From IMG/VR virus record IMGVR_UViG_3300028030_000006, positions 29,611 through 93,610 of that record: DNA of 64,000 nt. One strand, given 5' to 3'. The notes beneath the pieces were generated by a model. It searched no databases, was not told the DNA's origin, and saw nothing but the letters and a program-made list of their open reading frames with translations. Positions 37,949-48,122 of the stretch are shown one piece after another. The stretch's first letter is position 1, and each line of letters opens with the position of its first letter. This stretch comes from a virus (Duplodnaviria > Heunggongvirae > Uroviricota > Caudoviricetes). The translations under genes were made by a program, and so were the position numbers.

Positions 37949-39249
37949 TCTTCAATCCTCCCTATATGTTGAGATATGACCTTCTCTAAGGTATCAGCGT
38001 CATCCAGATCCACTCGCATTTGATCATACCTAGGTAAAAATAGACTATAAGTATCACTATCACGGCCTTTAATAAGTACATTAAACGTCACTTCGATAAT
38101 CTTACCTATTGGCGGCGTTTTAGTAAACATTTTAACATGCTCATCTGACAGTCCGCTACCGACGTTCACCTTGATCCGCCCATCAGCAGACTCACAAACT
38201 AGAGATCCTACCTGCCCAGCACGCTTACCTTTACCATTTACGACACCAACTACTCTCAATGAACATGAATTAACAGCTTTCATCTTAATCCAAGCTTTAG
38301 TACGTTTAAAGTTATATGGTGCATTTCTATCTTTAATAATTACACCCTCACCACCGGCATTTATAATCTCCTCATTAAACTGTTTAACTTGTCGCATTGA
38401 AGTCGCTAATCTAGACTCGGTAGTCTTTATATGTAGGGATTTAGTAAAAATTACACGTTTTTGTAATGAAAGTGTACGTTCATATTGAGGGTTAGACTTT
38501 CCTTGAGTTAAAAATACGTCTGTAGGAAGCTCATCAAAAGTGGAATACGTAATTATATCGTCGCTATTTGGCTGGTATCCGGACTTCAGGTTTTTATTAC
38601 AAATCCCTGATATAACAGTACGCTGTTCAGTGATTAATTCCCCATCAAACGTTAAGTCCTCACCATTAGCAACTTCTAAACATGCCTTCTCAATCTGAGG
38701 AAAGTGCAGTTCTCGGCCTTGTCGAGTAAATAGTGTACATTTATTATCTTTGATAACTGCTAAACATCTTACACCATCCTCTTTCTTTTCAACAATAGCA
38801 GGAAACTTGAACTTTACCTTCTCATCAAGCGGTGATGCTAAACCGCACTTGAATGTAGGGATAAAAGTATATCCAAAAGCTTTATTTACAGCTGTATCTA
38901 CACCTAACGCTAACTGTTTAGTGATAATACCTTCAACTACTTCTACAACGTCGGGATGTGTGTGTGACAACACGTTTAATGCCTTTTGTCGTAATTTATC
39001 ATTGATATTACTACTACGCAATATGTCTAGTAAAGATATAACATCATCAAACGTTGTAGTAGGCTCCAACATACGATACTCTTCAAATTTCTTAATCTTA
39101 TAAGAATACATAGGGTTTAACCTATATAAAAGTAAAGTCCGAAAATCTGCATCATCTTTGTACTTACGTAATACCTCAAGTTTATCATTTTTTCCGGTGG
39201 TACTTTTCAGTTCTTGTAATTTCTGTGTTGCTTGTTTTAATCGTTCCAT
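37945..39249 (-). CDS. ATP-dependent DNA/RNA ligase (nucleotidyltransferase with KxDG motif I)
   Basis: Motif I 'VEKKEDGVRCLAV' is present, along with downstream nucleotidyltransferase/OB-like regions. Length is 434 aa. Confidence 0.6.
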   Translation of the reverse strand: MERLKQATQKLQELKSTTGKNDKLEVLRKYKDDADFRTLLLYRLNPMYSYKIKKFEEYRMLEPTTTFDDVISLLDILRSSNINDKLRQKALNVLSHTHPDVVEVVEGIITKQLALGVDTAVNKAFGYTFIPTFKCGLASPLDEKVKFKFPAIVEKKEDGVRCLAVIKDNKCTLFTRQGRELHFPQIEKACLEVANGEDLTFDGELITEQRTVISGICNKNLKSGYQPNSDDIITYSTFDELPTDVFLTQGKSNPQYERTLSLQKRVIFTKSLHIKTTESRLATSMRQVKQFNEEIINAGGEGVIIKDRNAPYNFKRTKAWIKMKAVNSCSLRVVGVVNGKGKRAGQVGSLVCESADGRIKVNVGSGLSDEHVKMFTKTPPIGKIIEVTFNVLIKGRDSDTYSLFLPRYDQMRVDLDDADTLEKVISQHIGRIEE

Positions 39250-41468
39250 CTCTCTCCTTTAATTAGTTTAAAGTAATCATCCCGAAGCTTGACAGCATCA
39301 GTATACGGATATTTTGTAGCCAGTTCAATTACATGATACTCGATAGCTCTATACATATTTTCACGTATTTGTTGAAGTTTGCTTCTATCATCCTTAACTT
39401 TATATACTCTTGTTGCAACTGCTCGCATATGTTTCCAAAAACGATACCATCTAGTTTTATATTTAAATCGGTAGCCGTTAGCCCCTACATAAACATACCC
39501 TTCAACGAAGTTTTGACGATCTGCATTAGTATCTTGCTCCATCTCTTCGATATCTGCACGAAGTTCTTCTATAGTACTTATAACTTTTACTACAGATACT
39601 CGATGAACACCCTCGAACAGTACTTGTACATTAATCATTTCAACCTCACTTAAAACCTCAAACTTAATTTGATTCTTAATGGCATCGAGTAAAATTATTT
39701 CTGGTTTAGTATATTTAACTATATGTGGATCTTTTATTGGTTCGATTACTTCAAATGTGAGTGTAACATTATTATCCACTAGAAAATCTCGTAATTCATC
39801 TGTTAGATATGGTTTAAGCTGTTCACGAAACCATATACTATGGGATGATGTAATAGAGCTTTTTGATGCTATAAACCAAGCATCTTTGATAGTATCATAC
39901 GATAAAAGTCCTAAGTAACCATTAGGTTTTTCAACCTTCACGGTAGGGAATGTGATCTGGTTTGTGATTGCATCAAAATCTGTTTGAGGGTTCTCTTTAT
40001 AATTGAAAAACTTCTCGTAGCCTCTTGCAATAATGCTAGAGTCACTACGTATGAATAATCCTCGAGCTTTCGTAGATATGTCATCATACGTACCAGTTTT
40101 AAACGCTTTAGTAGTAAAGTTACAAGCAAACACATCATAGTCTAACTCTCTAACATTTACCATAGTATGTTCCTGCATTAGCTCAAATAAAGGTTTATCA
40201 TTCGCACATACACAAGTAGTTGAAGGCTCATATAATGAAGGATTAGTAGTAAAAGTATAGTCGGTATTTTTAACGGTATGTACTGTACAATCACCATCAA
40301 CAGGCACAATAACAGCTACTAACTCTCCACCATACTCAACGTTTCCTGTGATATTATACATACGATTTTTTACAACTTCTGGCTTCTGTTGTTTAATATT
40401 ACGATGTCCGTGTATTTGCAGCGCACGTGTTGGCATAGCATTAAGCCAATGTTCTTGTATCTTAGTAATATCAGAATAACTACCAACTCCTTTAATGAAT
40501 TCCTTAGTAGATGTTAGCAAACTAGGTATAGTGGGATATCCTGCATGATTAGCGAAAATAATACGATCACCAAACTTAGCATGAAACATTTGCCAATATC
40601 TAGTACGTAAACGTGTTACATCTTTTACTGTAATACCTGCCTGCATAAACTGATAAAAAGTTCGACGTGTTGCTGGGGATAGTTTAACTGTGCGTTTAAA
40701 TTCAGCATACTTATGATCTCCCGATGTACGTGCTGCTAACCACTCTTTGTAATGTATTAAGTGAGAATCATGATTACCTTCTAGTAGTACGTAATCAGGA
40801 CTGTCTTGGATAAGTTTAAATACTCCAGCCGCATCCTCTCCTCGATCAAACAAATCACCGATAAACACTGTCAACTGTTTATCCTGTTCTGTATCACTTA
40901 AGATTTGTTTAAGTTGTTTAAAGGAACTATGAACATCACCGATAAATCTAATACTATTATACTTATCCGTATAATCGAATAACGCTTCGTCTATTGTAAA
41001 CTCATCAGGTTTTACTACTTTAATCCAAGAAGGTATTATATTGTACTGAATACGCGCATACATGTTATCAATAACGTCTGCAGGAACTCTTTTAACGCCG
41101 CGTAAATCATTACGGCGGTGTAATTCTTCTAACGATACATCTCTAAAATCTACTGCAATAATTCGATATCTATACTGTTTGGCAAGTGTACGATACCTAT
41201 TAATCAGTTTAGAGCGCGTATGTGTTGCATCAATAATTGTAAAATCACCATTCTGCATTCGATGTTCTAGTAGTGTGAATAAGTGATCCCACACAGCTCC
41301 GTCATTCTTTTGTGATATGCCTTTGGATCCGTCTATCTGAGTTTCTGGTGCTTGGTACTGTAATCTAATAATGTCTGGAGACAATGTATAAGATTCTAAT
41401 CCTTGTGACGCAATCCACGTCGATTTTCCTGAAGCTGGCGTACCTACAGTAATAACTAATGTTCTCAT
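39237..41468 (-). CDS. Pnkp-like trifunctional end-healing/sealing enzyme: polynucleotide kinase, lambda-phosphatase-like phosphoesterase, and a C-terminal ligase-like domain
   Basis: The P-loop 'ITVGTPASGKSTW' is present. Phosphoesterase motifs 'GDVH', 'GDLFDRGED', 'LEGNHD' and 'HGHR' are present. The C-terminal 'VEKPNGYLGL' resembles ligase motif I (KxNG, as in Rnl2 KIHG). Confidence 0.55.
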   Translation of the reverse strand: MRTLVITVGTPASGKSTWIASQGLESYTLSPDIIRLQYQAPETQIDGSKGISQKNDGAVWDHLFTLLEHRMQNGDFTIIDATHTRSKLINRYRTLAKQYRYRIIAVDFRDVSLEELHRRNDLRGVKRVPADVIDNMYARIQYNIIPSWIKVVKPDEFTIDEALFDYTDKYNSIRFIGDVHSSFKQLKQILSDTEQDKQLTVFIGDLFDRGEDAAGVFKLIQDSPDYVLLEGNHDSHLIHYKEWLAARTSGDHKYAEFKRTVKLSPATRRTFYQFMQAGITVKDVTRLRTRYWQMFHAKFGDRIIFANHAGYPTIPSLLTSTKEFIKGVGSYSDITKIQEHWLNAMPTRALQIHGHRNIKQQKPEVVKNRMYNITGNVEYGGELVAVIVPVDGDCTVHTVKNTDYTFTTNPSLYEPSTTCVCANDKPLFELMQEHTMVNVRELDYDVFACNFTTKAFKTGTYDDISTKARGLFIRSDSSIIARGYEKFFNYKENPQTDFDAITNQITFPTVKVEKPNGYLGLLSYDTIKDAWFIASKSSITSSHSIWFREQLKPYLTDELRDFLVDNNVTLTFEVIEPIKDPHIVKYTKPEIILLDAIKNQIKFEVLSEVEMINVQVLFEGVHRVSVVKVISTIEELRADIEEMEQDTNADRQNFVEGYVYVGANGYRFKYKTRWYRFWKHMRAVATRVYKVKDDRSKLQQIRENMYRAIEYHVIELATKYPYTDAVKLRDDYFKLIKGERWND

Positions 41469-41839
41469 TCTGCACCTCCCACTTCAGGAGTTTGGCGATT
41501 TAAAGCATTTGCTTTATTTTGTACTAAGATAACTATAAAGGTCAAAGCGTCATCTAATGAAGCAAACAAAAAGTACCCTGCACGAGGATTAACGTCTACC
41601 ATAAAGTAGGCTACACCTGCGTCTAATCGATGTTCTAAAGGTGGCCCATCACTAAATCTGAAACGAGCGTCAACAGGCATAATGCAGGTTGCACTTATCG
41701 AGGATGTATGTAAATTAATACATGACTGAAAACCAACTAGCCATCGTGCGCCGTCATACTGCGTAAATTTATAACTACCTACTGTAGCAACCTCTTCATG
41801 ACCCTCTGGAACTTCAACCGTATCTGTAATTTCTAACAT
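41465..41839 (-). CDS. Hypothetical protein
   Basis: 124-aa ORF with stop/start overlap to its neighbours. Confidence 0.4.
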   Translation of the reverse strand: MLEITDTVEVPEGHEEVATVGSYKFTQYDGARWLVGFQSCINLHTSSISATCIMPVDARFRFSDGPPLEHRLDAGVAYFMVDVNPRAGYFLFASLDDALTFIVILVQNKANALNRQTPEVGGAE

Positions 41840-42039
41840 TATTTATCCTTGTCGTTAATGTGTGTCCAAAATCTGATGGCACTAATTATTTTATTTATCC
41901 GAACCGTATCACGAACTGTATAATCTACAGCTAACAGTTTTTGTAAATTACCATTAAGCAGCGAAACTCGCTTATCTATTAACTCTTGCGATATAGTGGG
42001 AACTTCTACACCCTCTCCATATAAATATGTATTTGTCAT
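41839..42039 (-). CDS. Hypothetical protein
   Basis: 66-aa ORF in an operon-like array. Confidence 0.3.
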   Translation of the reverse strand: MTNTYLYGEGVEVPTISQELIDKRVSLLNGNLQKLLAVDYTVRDTVRINKIISAIRFWTHINDKDK

Positions 42040-42272
42040 CGTACAAACTTATTTGGTTTTACTACTAGCACATGTTGTGTGCTAGTTATGTGGGCATGTA
42101 CTTCTAATTGAGGCTTAATACCAAAATCTAAAGCCTCTATAAGTTGCCTAACCGTATGATCTCGCTCAACGTCCTCTGGGTGTGTTATATAAAATTCTAA
42201 TAGATGTCGCCTATCTACATAAATGTTCATGCTTCTCCTTTGTGTACTGTTAAATTGCCTGCGTAATACCAA
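42036..42272 (-). CDS. Hypothetical protein
   Basis: 78-aa ORF with a 4-nt overlap to the downstream gene. Confidence 0.3.
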   Translation of the reverse strand: MVLRRQFNSTQRRSMNIYVDRRHLLEFYITHPEDVERDHTVRQLIEALDFGIKPQLEVHAHITSTQHVLVVKPNKFVR

Positions 42273-42397
42273 CGTATTATTTTGCTACGTACACGTTTTA
42301 CTGGTAAATGTAACGATAGTAAACTACCATCATCGAATACAAATAACGTTCTGTGTAGGTAGTTCTTTTTACGTTGCTTCCCATAAGTTTTCATTGT

Positions 42398-43054
42398 TTA
42401 GTGCTTTAAGGTTTGTATAAATTCTAGTGGGCCTATGTTATCAAAAGCACAAACCATTAATTCATCACTACCTATATTTACTAAAATAGCTTTACGGTAA
42501 TGACTGTATTTTCCTATACTAGGTATATTTTCGTCATCGTTATATCCGCACACTATTTCACCATCTTTAGGTTTCCATTTTTTAATTATACTTCTGTCAT
42601 AATTTTTAATATGATACCTAATTCCGCTAAGTGTTTCTAGGTTCTCATAATCTAAAGATGTATTCCAGCCGTATTTATCACCTGAAAATGCTTTAAATTG
42701 ATGAACTCTATTATTAGGAGTAACTATCCAATCTCCTATTGCAAATTTAGGCTCATCTGGTTTTATACGATATTTAAAAGCTTTAGAAAAATGTTGTATA
42801 GTATTCTCTACAATATTCCACTGCTCGCAATTTTTTAGTGAGTATTCAACATCTTTGTTATCAACTAATGCTTTCCTAAATTCAGCATATTCATCATTTC
42901 GTATAAATACATAAAACGACTCCCAATCAGGTTCATATGTTAATACCCAGTCTTGCAATCCTGTATCATTTCTTCTGCACCATACACCTTTACTAGGGTT
43001 ATTAATAAACCATTTGATTACTTCACCATGTTTTTCTATCTGCTCTTTTGTCAT
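42398..43054 (-). CDS. Hypothetical protein
   Basis: 218-aa ORF. Confidence 0.45.
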   Translation of the reverse strand: MTKEQIEKHGEVIKWFINNPSKGVWCRRNDTGLQDWVLTYEPDWESFYVFIRNDEYAEFRKALVDNKDVEYSLKNCEQWNIVENTIQHFSKAFKYRIKPDEPKFAIGDWIVTPNNRVHQFKAFSGDKYGWNTSLDYENLETLSGIRYHIKNYDRSIIKKWKPKDGEIVCGYNDDENIPSIGKYSHYRKAILVNIGSDELMVCAFDNIGPLEFIQTLKH

Positions 43055-43248
43055 CTAATACTCCAATTTATATATTAACACTTATAGCGTCTCGGAATAG
43101 GTAACTCTCTTAAAGCGTAATCTATTTCCACCCAATCCGTACCTTTTCGTTTACACAAGTAACCAAACCATACATATACTTCATGCTACTAGAAGAAAAT
43201 TAGTAATCTAGCTGCTTATTTTATAAAATTGTACTTTTAAATACTGGT

Positions 43249-43464
43249 TCAGTCATTTAAAAACCTTTCACAATCGAAAGCAGATAACATTGGTATATCT
43301 GTAAAATGTTTATACCTGTATAAACCATCACTATTTTTAAATCTAATAGCCAGTTCATACTCATTCCGTTCCTGACTTATAATGGGAATGATACTTGCAT
43401 CATATTTTTCAAGCAATTCTTTAAAGTCTTTTATAAAGTTACACATTTCCAGCAACCTCCCCAT
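43249..43464 (-). CDS. Hypothetical protein
   Basis: 71-aa ORF. Confidence 0.3.
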   Translation of the reverse strand: MGRLLEMCNFIKDFKELLEKYDASIIPIISQERNEYELAIRFKNSDGLYRYKHFTDIPMLSAFDCERFLND

Positions 43465-43556
43465 ATTTCCAACTAACTGTGTTGTTTCTGGTTGAAGACC
43501 AAGAGGTCATACCACTAGCAAATGTGTACCTTCTACATTCTTCTTTTGTCATTTTG

Positions 43557-44027
43557 CTAATTTTTTAATGATTTTTGTGCTTCTATAGCCCAGTCAGGGT
43601 ATTCCCAAGGCATAAGTTTACGGTAGTTATCATAAATAGCGCCATCTCTTGTACCATCAATTGAAAAAAGACAAGTATTTTTAGCATCATAAAAACTAAT
43701 TCTTCGAGTGTACGGATGGGCATTATCCCAACATTCTACTAAGTCTTTATCACATAATTCGTTAGGATTATTGACTTCTTTCCATTTATTTTTATTACTG
43801 CAATCAAACCAATGCTTACTATTATGTTGTATAGGATATTCAGAATTTTCAGCAGTTGCAATTACTGTTCCTTCATACATATTAGTAAATTCAACTATAA
43901 ATAATCTACTTTTGAATTTATTGGTTGCTAACATATATTTAGGATAATTGTTATTTAATTTCTCAACTTGCTGTTTAAGCTCTTCTATCTTTTTTAGTAA
44001 CTTTTCTTTTTCATTGCACACAATCAT
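43557..44027 (-). CDS. Hypothetical protein with N-terminal coiled coil
   Basis: 156-aa ORF. Confidence 0.4.
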   Translation of the reverse strand: MIVCNEKEKLLKKIEELKQQVEKLNNNYPKYMLATNKFKSRLFIVEFTNMYEGTVIATAENSEYPIQHNSKHWFDCSNKNKWKEVNNPNELCDKDLVECWDNAHPYTRRISFYDAKNTCLFSIDGTRDGAIYDNYRKLMPWEYPDWAIEAQKSLKN

Positions 44028-44042
44028 TATTTCTCCTTTAAG

Positions 44043-44267
44043 TTAATTATTTTTACAGTATTTAGCTTTTTTATATAAGTAATATGTTATCGCTGGTATA
44101 ACTAATGCTGTTAATATTGCTCTAATCATATACCCCTTTAGTTCCCACTTTATGAATGCTGTAATACTAAGCCCAAATAGTGCTAAAATAGATACTATAC
44201 TTAATATCACCAATATTAAGTATATAAAACTTTTATCTGCCCATTTTTCAAAATCTGCCATTATCAA
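44043..44267 (-). CDS. Small membrane protein (two predicted TM helices)
   Basis: 'SFIYLILVILSIVSILALFGLSITAFI' and 'AILTALVIPAITYYL' are hydrophobic helices. Confidence 0.4.
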   Translation of the reverse strand: MIMADFEKWADKSFIYLILVILSIVSILALFGLSITAFIKWELKGYMIRAILTALVIPAITYYLYKKAKYCKNN

Positions 44268-44332
44268 TCTCCTTACTTTTATTAATCTATATCAACGTTA
44301 CTTATAACGCTCATATAATGACCCTTCGGGGT

Positions 44333-44599
44333 CTAGTATAAAGCATACCACTTACTTATTGGGTAACACTGCATTGCAGGTGCAACCATTTTGTCTGAAC
44401 TTGCTATAAGTACAATACAGTGCTTGATAGGCTTTACTCTTGTAGTAAATTCGTACACTCGTGGGTTGACACCGGCGGTATCTATAGTATACGATGCTTT
44501 CGGTTTAACCTCTTTCATAGACATACCTGCAACCATACTATATAGTCCAGCATTAGCTACGGTACCTAATAATACCGCAGCTATGATAATTTTATACAT
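44333..44599 (-). CDS. Secreted small protein (signal peptide)
   Basis: N-terminus 'MYKIIIAAVLLGTVANAG' is signal-peptide-like. Confidence 0.45.
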   Translation of the reverse strand: MYKIIIAAVLLGTVANAGLYSMVAGMSMKEVKPKASYTIDTAGVNPRVYEFTTRVKPIKHCIVLIASSDKMVAPAMQCYPISKWYALY

Positions 44600-44600
44600 A

Positions 44601-45902
44601 CTATTTGACCTTCTCTAAGATATGAAGATTTGTTAAATCTTGAAGAGATGCTCCAGATGTACCTTCTCCAGCGTTTGTCATAAACAAGTTAGTAGGCATA
44701 GTAACAGCAGTGTGTTCTAATGCTTTATACTTAGCCAATTGTGTAATCTTCTCAACTTCTAGCTCTAAAATGTCTTTACGCACTGCTAAGTAATTTGCTT
44801 TCTTAACTGCAGCTTCTGCTAACCCTTTCTCTTTTATCGCTACAGCTTGAAATTTGGCTGCCTCTGCTGTTGCTTTCTGAATACCTTTGTTGGCTTTGGC
44901 AATTTCCAATTCTTTACGTTTACGTACGATTTGAAGTTCTGCCTCTTTTTGCTCTAAGTCAACTTTTTTCTGTGCTTGAATTACGGCTGCATCTTTTTCT
45001 CGTAACATCTTTTGTTTAGCCTCAATACGCTCTCTCGTACCTTTTAACTCTGCTGTTACTGCGGCTTGACGCTCATTTTCCTGCTCTTCAATTAACTTCT
45101 GACGTTTTGCGATTTGGTCTTTTTTACGGTTGATAAAGTCATTCAACTTAGGCTCTGGCTTAAAGTCATCAATAGTCAACTGTACGATTTTGATACCGTA
45201 CTTAGTAGTAGGTAGTGCTTGACGTTTTGGTACGCCTTTATCATCACGCTGAATCACATTACGGTAAATAAATGATTCACGTTGAGCACGTTTTTTAGGA
45301 TTTTGGTCATTTATACCAATATCTGATGCATTTTTAGAGACTTTAACTTTTTGACGTTTGGTTACATATAGACCATTATTGCCTTGGTCTTCTACCCTAA
45401 TCTGATACTCATTTTGCCCTCCTTGCATAAACTCTTCCCCAGTTATTTGGTTAGCTGTATATGTTAATAGCTGTTTGGAGACAGGTTCTAACCCACTACG
45501 GATTAAATTAGATTCGTTAACGTATGCCCTATGCATCGACACTAATAATGTCGGATCGGCAGGTAATTGATATCTAATAGTCCCACCTATAAAACCACCA
45601 TATGTATCAGCAAATGTAATCCTTTTCATAGTGCCATGCGTTTGTGGATCGCCATCATCATCGTCCTCATAACGCACTGTTTGAAATTGGTCGTACACAT
45701 GAACTGTAGACAAGAACGGTGTTTTAAAGTGTACTCCAGGTTCTATAATACCAATAAGCTTCCCACCAGGTGTTCGTTTAACCGCATACTCAGTACCTCC
45801 TAATATATAAAAACTACTAAATGCAGTCACTACTACAATAAAGCCTATTAATGAGGCTAAAATTGTTTTAATCCCTAACTTTTTAATTTGATCAAATGTC
45901 AT
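44601..45902 (-). CDS. SPFH/band-7 (HflK/C-like) membrane protein with a long C-terminal coiled coil
   Basis: An N-terminal TM helix is present. 'YAVKRTPGGKLIGIIEPGVHFKTPFLSTVHVYDQFQTV' matches the SPFH core (GE.aVv.rfGk....l.PGlhfkiPfi..v..vd.r). A 150-aa Lys/Glu/Ala-rich coiled coil follows. Confidence 0.5.
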   Translation of the reverse strand: MTFDQIKKLGIKTILASLIGFIVVVTAFSSFYILGGTEYAVKRTPGGKLIGIIEPGVHFKTPFLSTVHVYDQFQTVRYEDDDDGDPQTHGTMKRITFADTYGGFIGGTIRYQLPADPTLLVSMHRAYVNESNLIRSGLEPVSKQLLTYTANQITGEEFMQGGQNEYQIRVEDQGNNGLYVTKRQKVKVSKNASDIGINDQNPKKRAQRESFIYRNVIQRDDKGVPKRQALPTTKYGIKIVQLTIDDFKPEPKLNDFINRKKDQIAKRQKLIEEQENERQAAVTAELKGTRERIEAKQKMLREKDAAVIQAQKKVDLEQKEAELQIVRKRKELEIAKANKGIQKATAEAAKFQAVAIKEKGLAEAAVKKANYLAVRKDILELEVEKITQLAKYKALEHTAVTMPTNLFMTNAGEGTSGASLQDLTNLHILEKVK

Positions 45903-46020
45903 GTGTATCCTTTTAATTTTAGTACCTATCCGACTTGTTTTACGGAATCTATTTGTATCGATAGGTATGATAGACCAACCTTAGTCTTGTTTTAAACAGC
46001 TGTCTAAGGACGTTAAATGG

Positions 46021-46698
46021 TTACCATTGGGGAGTATACTCTTTACGCAGCTGTGCGACATCTTTAGCAGCTTGCAAATAGTCTTCGTAATGTTGTATGA
46101 TTTTATCATCATCCTGTTTTATACGTCTATTTAACTCTACCTTTATAAATTTATTAAGTAGTGTGTACTGCTTTCTATTATCGTAATCCTTATTGCGCCA
46201 CTCAATCAATGCAAACAAAAATGCAGCGTTTATAGGACTACCTCGCAATTCCATTGTTTCGTTAAAAGTAAACTTATATTCATAAGGTAGTGTATTAGTC
46301 CCAACGATCTCTATAATCGTAGCTATCTCCTGTATATTTATAGCATATCGTGATTGCATAACTTCAGTATACTGAAAAATGTCTATGATGTCATCAAATG
46401 TTATATCCTTAGGACTATCATAGATAGCAAGTAGTATTTGGTGATTAAGAATTTTGTTAAAGTGGATAAACTTGTCTGGCATCCTTCTAGAAGAGCGTTC
46501 ATTAAATAGAGACTCTACTAGTGTTAATATCTTAAAGAGCCTAACGGCTGTAGCAAAAGTATCCTTTGGTATCTTACTATAGTATGGTAGCTCCGTGCAA
46601 GACAACTGATGGTAAAATCGCCATAACTCCTCCAGCCGCTTTATTGTTTTAGCTGCCTTAATTTGCTGCATAGCTGCAGCATACTCAAAATCATTCAT
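46021..46698 (-). CDS. Hypothetical protein
   Basis: 225-aa ORF. Confidence 0.45.
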   Translation of the reverse strand: MNDFEYAAAMQQIKAAKTIKRLEELWRFYHQLSCTELPYYSKIPKDTFATAVRLFKILTLVESLFNERSSRRMPDKFIHFNKILNHQILLAIYDSPKDITFDDIIDIFQYTEVMQSRYAINIQEIATIIEIVGTNTLPYEYKFTFNETMELRGSPINAAFLFALIEWRNKDYDNRKQYTLLNKFIKVELNRRIKQDDDKIIQHYEDYLQAAKDVAQLRKEYTPQW

Positions 46699-46716
46699 TA
46701 TAAGTCTCCTTGATGT

Positions 46717-48108
46717 TTATGGTAATACAACATTAGTACCACCATAAATAGTAGTATCGATAGGACGCCCATCGCTTGGACATAGCCAGAACGTAGTAAT
46801 TTTGCTCAACTCAGGATGTTTGTCCCAGTAACGCTCAATATCTGAGTAATTATCACTAAATGATATGTATATCAGTTTGGTTAAATCTTTACCTTTTACA
46901 TACTTCTCTATATTTTTAAACACATATTTATGGCTAGTACCTCCGTTACACATCCTGGTAGCTAATGCTGCAGCAAAATCTGGATCATCTGTAATCTTGT
47001 TAAGTGCATCTAAATCATAAGTCACGATATCTACGTCATGCATTATCACACGCAGACTTTTTATGTATTTAGCGCGACTTTTCACCATACCTAAAACTTT
47101 CTGCAGATCTTCGGTATGGATTGAGCCGGACTGGTCAATACTTAGAATTAAATCAATCTTATCCTCTAAATTTACATGTACCGGGGCTTTAAACTTTTTA
47201 CGGTATCTTAATGATATGCTCTTCCAAGAACTATAACTTTCTTGAGTTTTGTAAAATACATCACGCTCAAATGCACTTTTCAATTTGTCAAACCATGCTG
47301 TATCTATTGTAATGGCTTCAAACTCTGCTTTAAAACGAGCACCGGCACTTGTACCTTTAGCGTGTGTTTGAATTATGTCAAAAACAGCTAACGATAATGA
47401 ACTTAAAGATCGTGTTGGATCTTCCATCATATCTGTAGGACTGCTTATAAATAAACGTTTTGATGGTACCGTGTATTTAATACCATCAATATTATACACA
47501 TCAACACTCTTTAACGTTTTTATGGGCTTGACGTTTTTATGTAATGCAGCTAAGTTTTGTAGGCATACTACAGGATCTGCACTAGCGGTAGTGTCTATAA
47601 CGTACTCAAGCTCACCCCAATATTTCTTAAATTGTGAGTCAATAAAGAAGTCTTTTAGTCCTTTATTTACTGCTTGAGTATCAGCTATTAGTATTAGTGT
47701 ATGGGGATCTGCCTTTTTCAATACGTGCTTGATCATCATCGAATGGTGAACCGATGTGTACATTTGGCGTAATACGAATTGGAGTTGTACCATATATTTA
47801 AATGTAAAGTAGAGTGTATGTTTAGTTACTATTTTAAGAATATGTTTAAGGTGCTTATCATCCTTATACTCGAATACAAAAAGTACTGAGTTGGTAGAAC
47901 TATCAAAAGTCGAATAAAATATTTTATCTAGTTCAATAATACCCATTCTAGTAGTTCTCTCAAGTTCTGGAGTCTTCTCAAAGACGACTTTTATAGGTAG
48001 CCGTAAAAATAAGCCGGTTGATAGAAAGCTGGTCTTACTTGTTCCTATTAGTTGGTTAATATTAACTACCAAGTTTGTTAGTAGTATTTTCTCTATCTGT
48101 TTTTTCAT
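46717..48108 (-). CDS. von Willebrand factor A (vWA) domain protein. Partner of the upstream AAA+ ATPase.
   Basis: MIDAS-type 'DLILSIDQSGSI' (DxSxS) is present. The 463-aa gene lies immediately downstream of a MoxR-like ATPase with a 14-nt gap. Confidence 0.5.
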   Translation of the reverse strand: MKKQIEKILLTNLVVNINQLIGTSKTSFLSTGLFLRLPIKVVFEKTPELERTTRMGIIELDKIFYSTFDSSTNSVLFVFEYKDDKHLKHILKIVTKHTLYFTFKYMVQLQFVLRQMYTSVHHSMMIKHVLKKADPHTLILIADTQAVNKGLKDFFIDSQFKKYWGELEYVIDTTASADPVVCLQNLAALHKNVKPIKTLKSVDVYNIDGIKYTVPSKRLFISSPTDMMEDPTRSLSSLSLAVFDIIQTHAKGTSAGARFKAEFEAITIDTAWFDKLKSAFERDVFYKTQESYSSWKSISLRYRKKFKAPVHVNLEDKIDLILSIDQSGSIHTEDLQKVLGMVKSRAKYIKSLRVIMHDVDIVTYDLDALNKITDDPDFAAALATRMCNGGTSHKYVFKNIEKYVKGKDLTKLIYISFSDNYSDIERYWDKHPELSKITTFWLCPSDGRPIDTTIYGGTNVVLP

Positions 48109-48122
48109 TAGATTTTCCTTTA

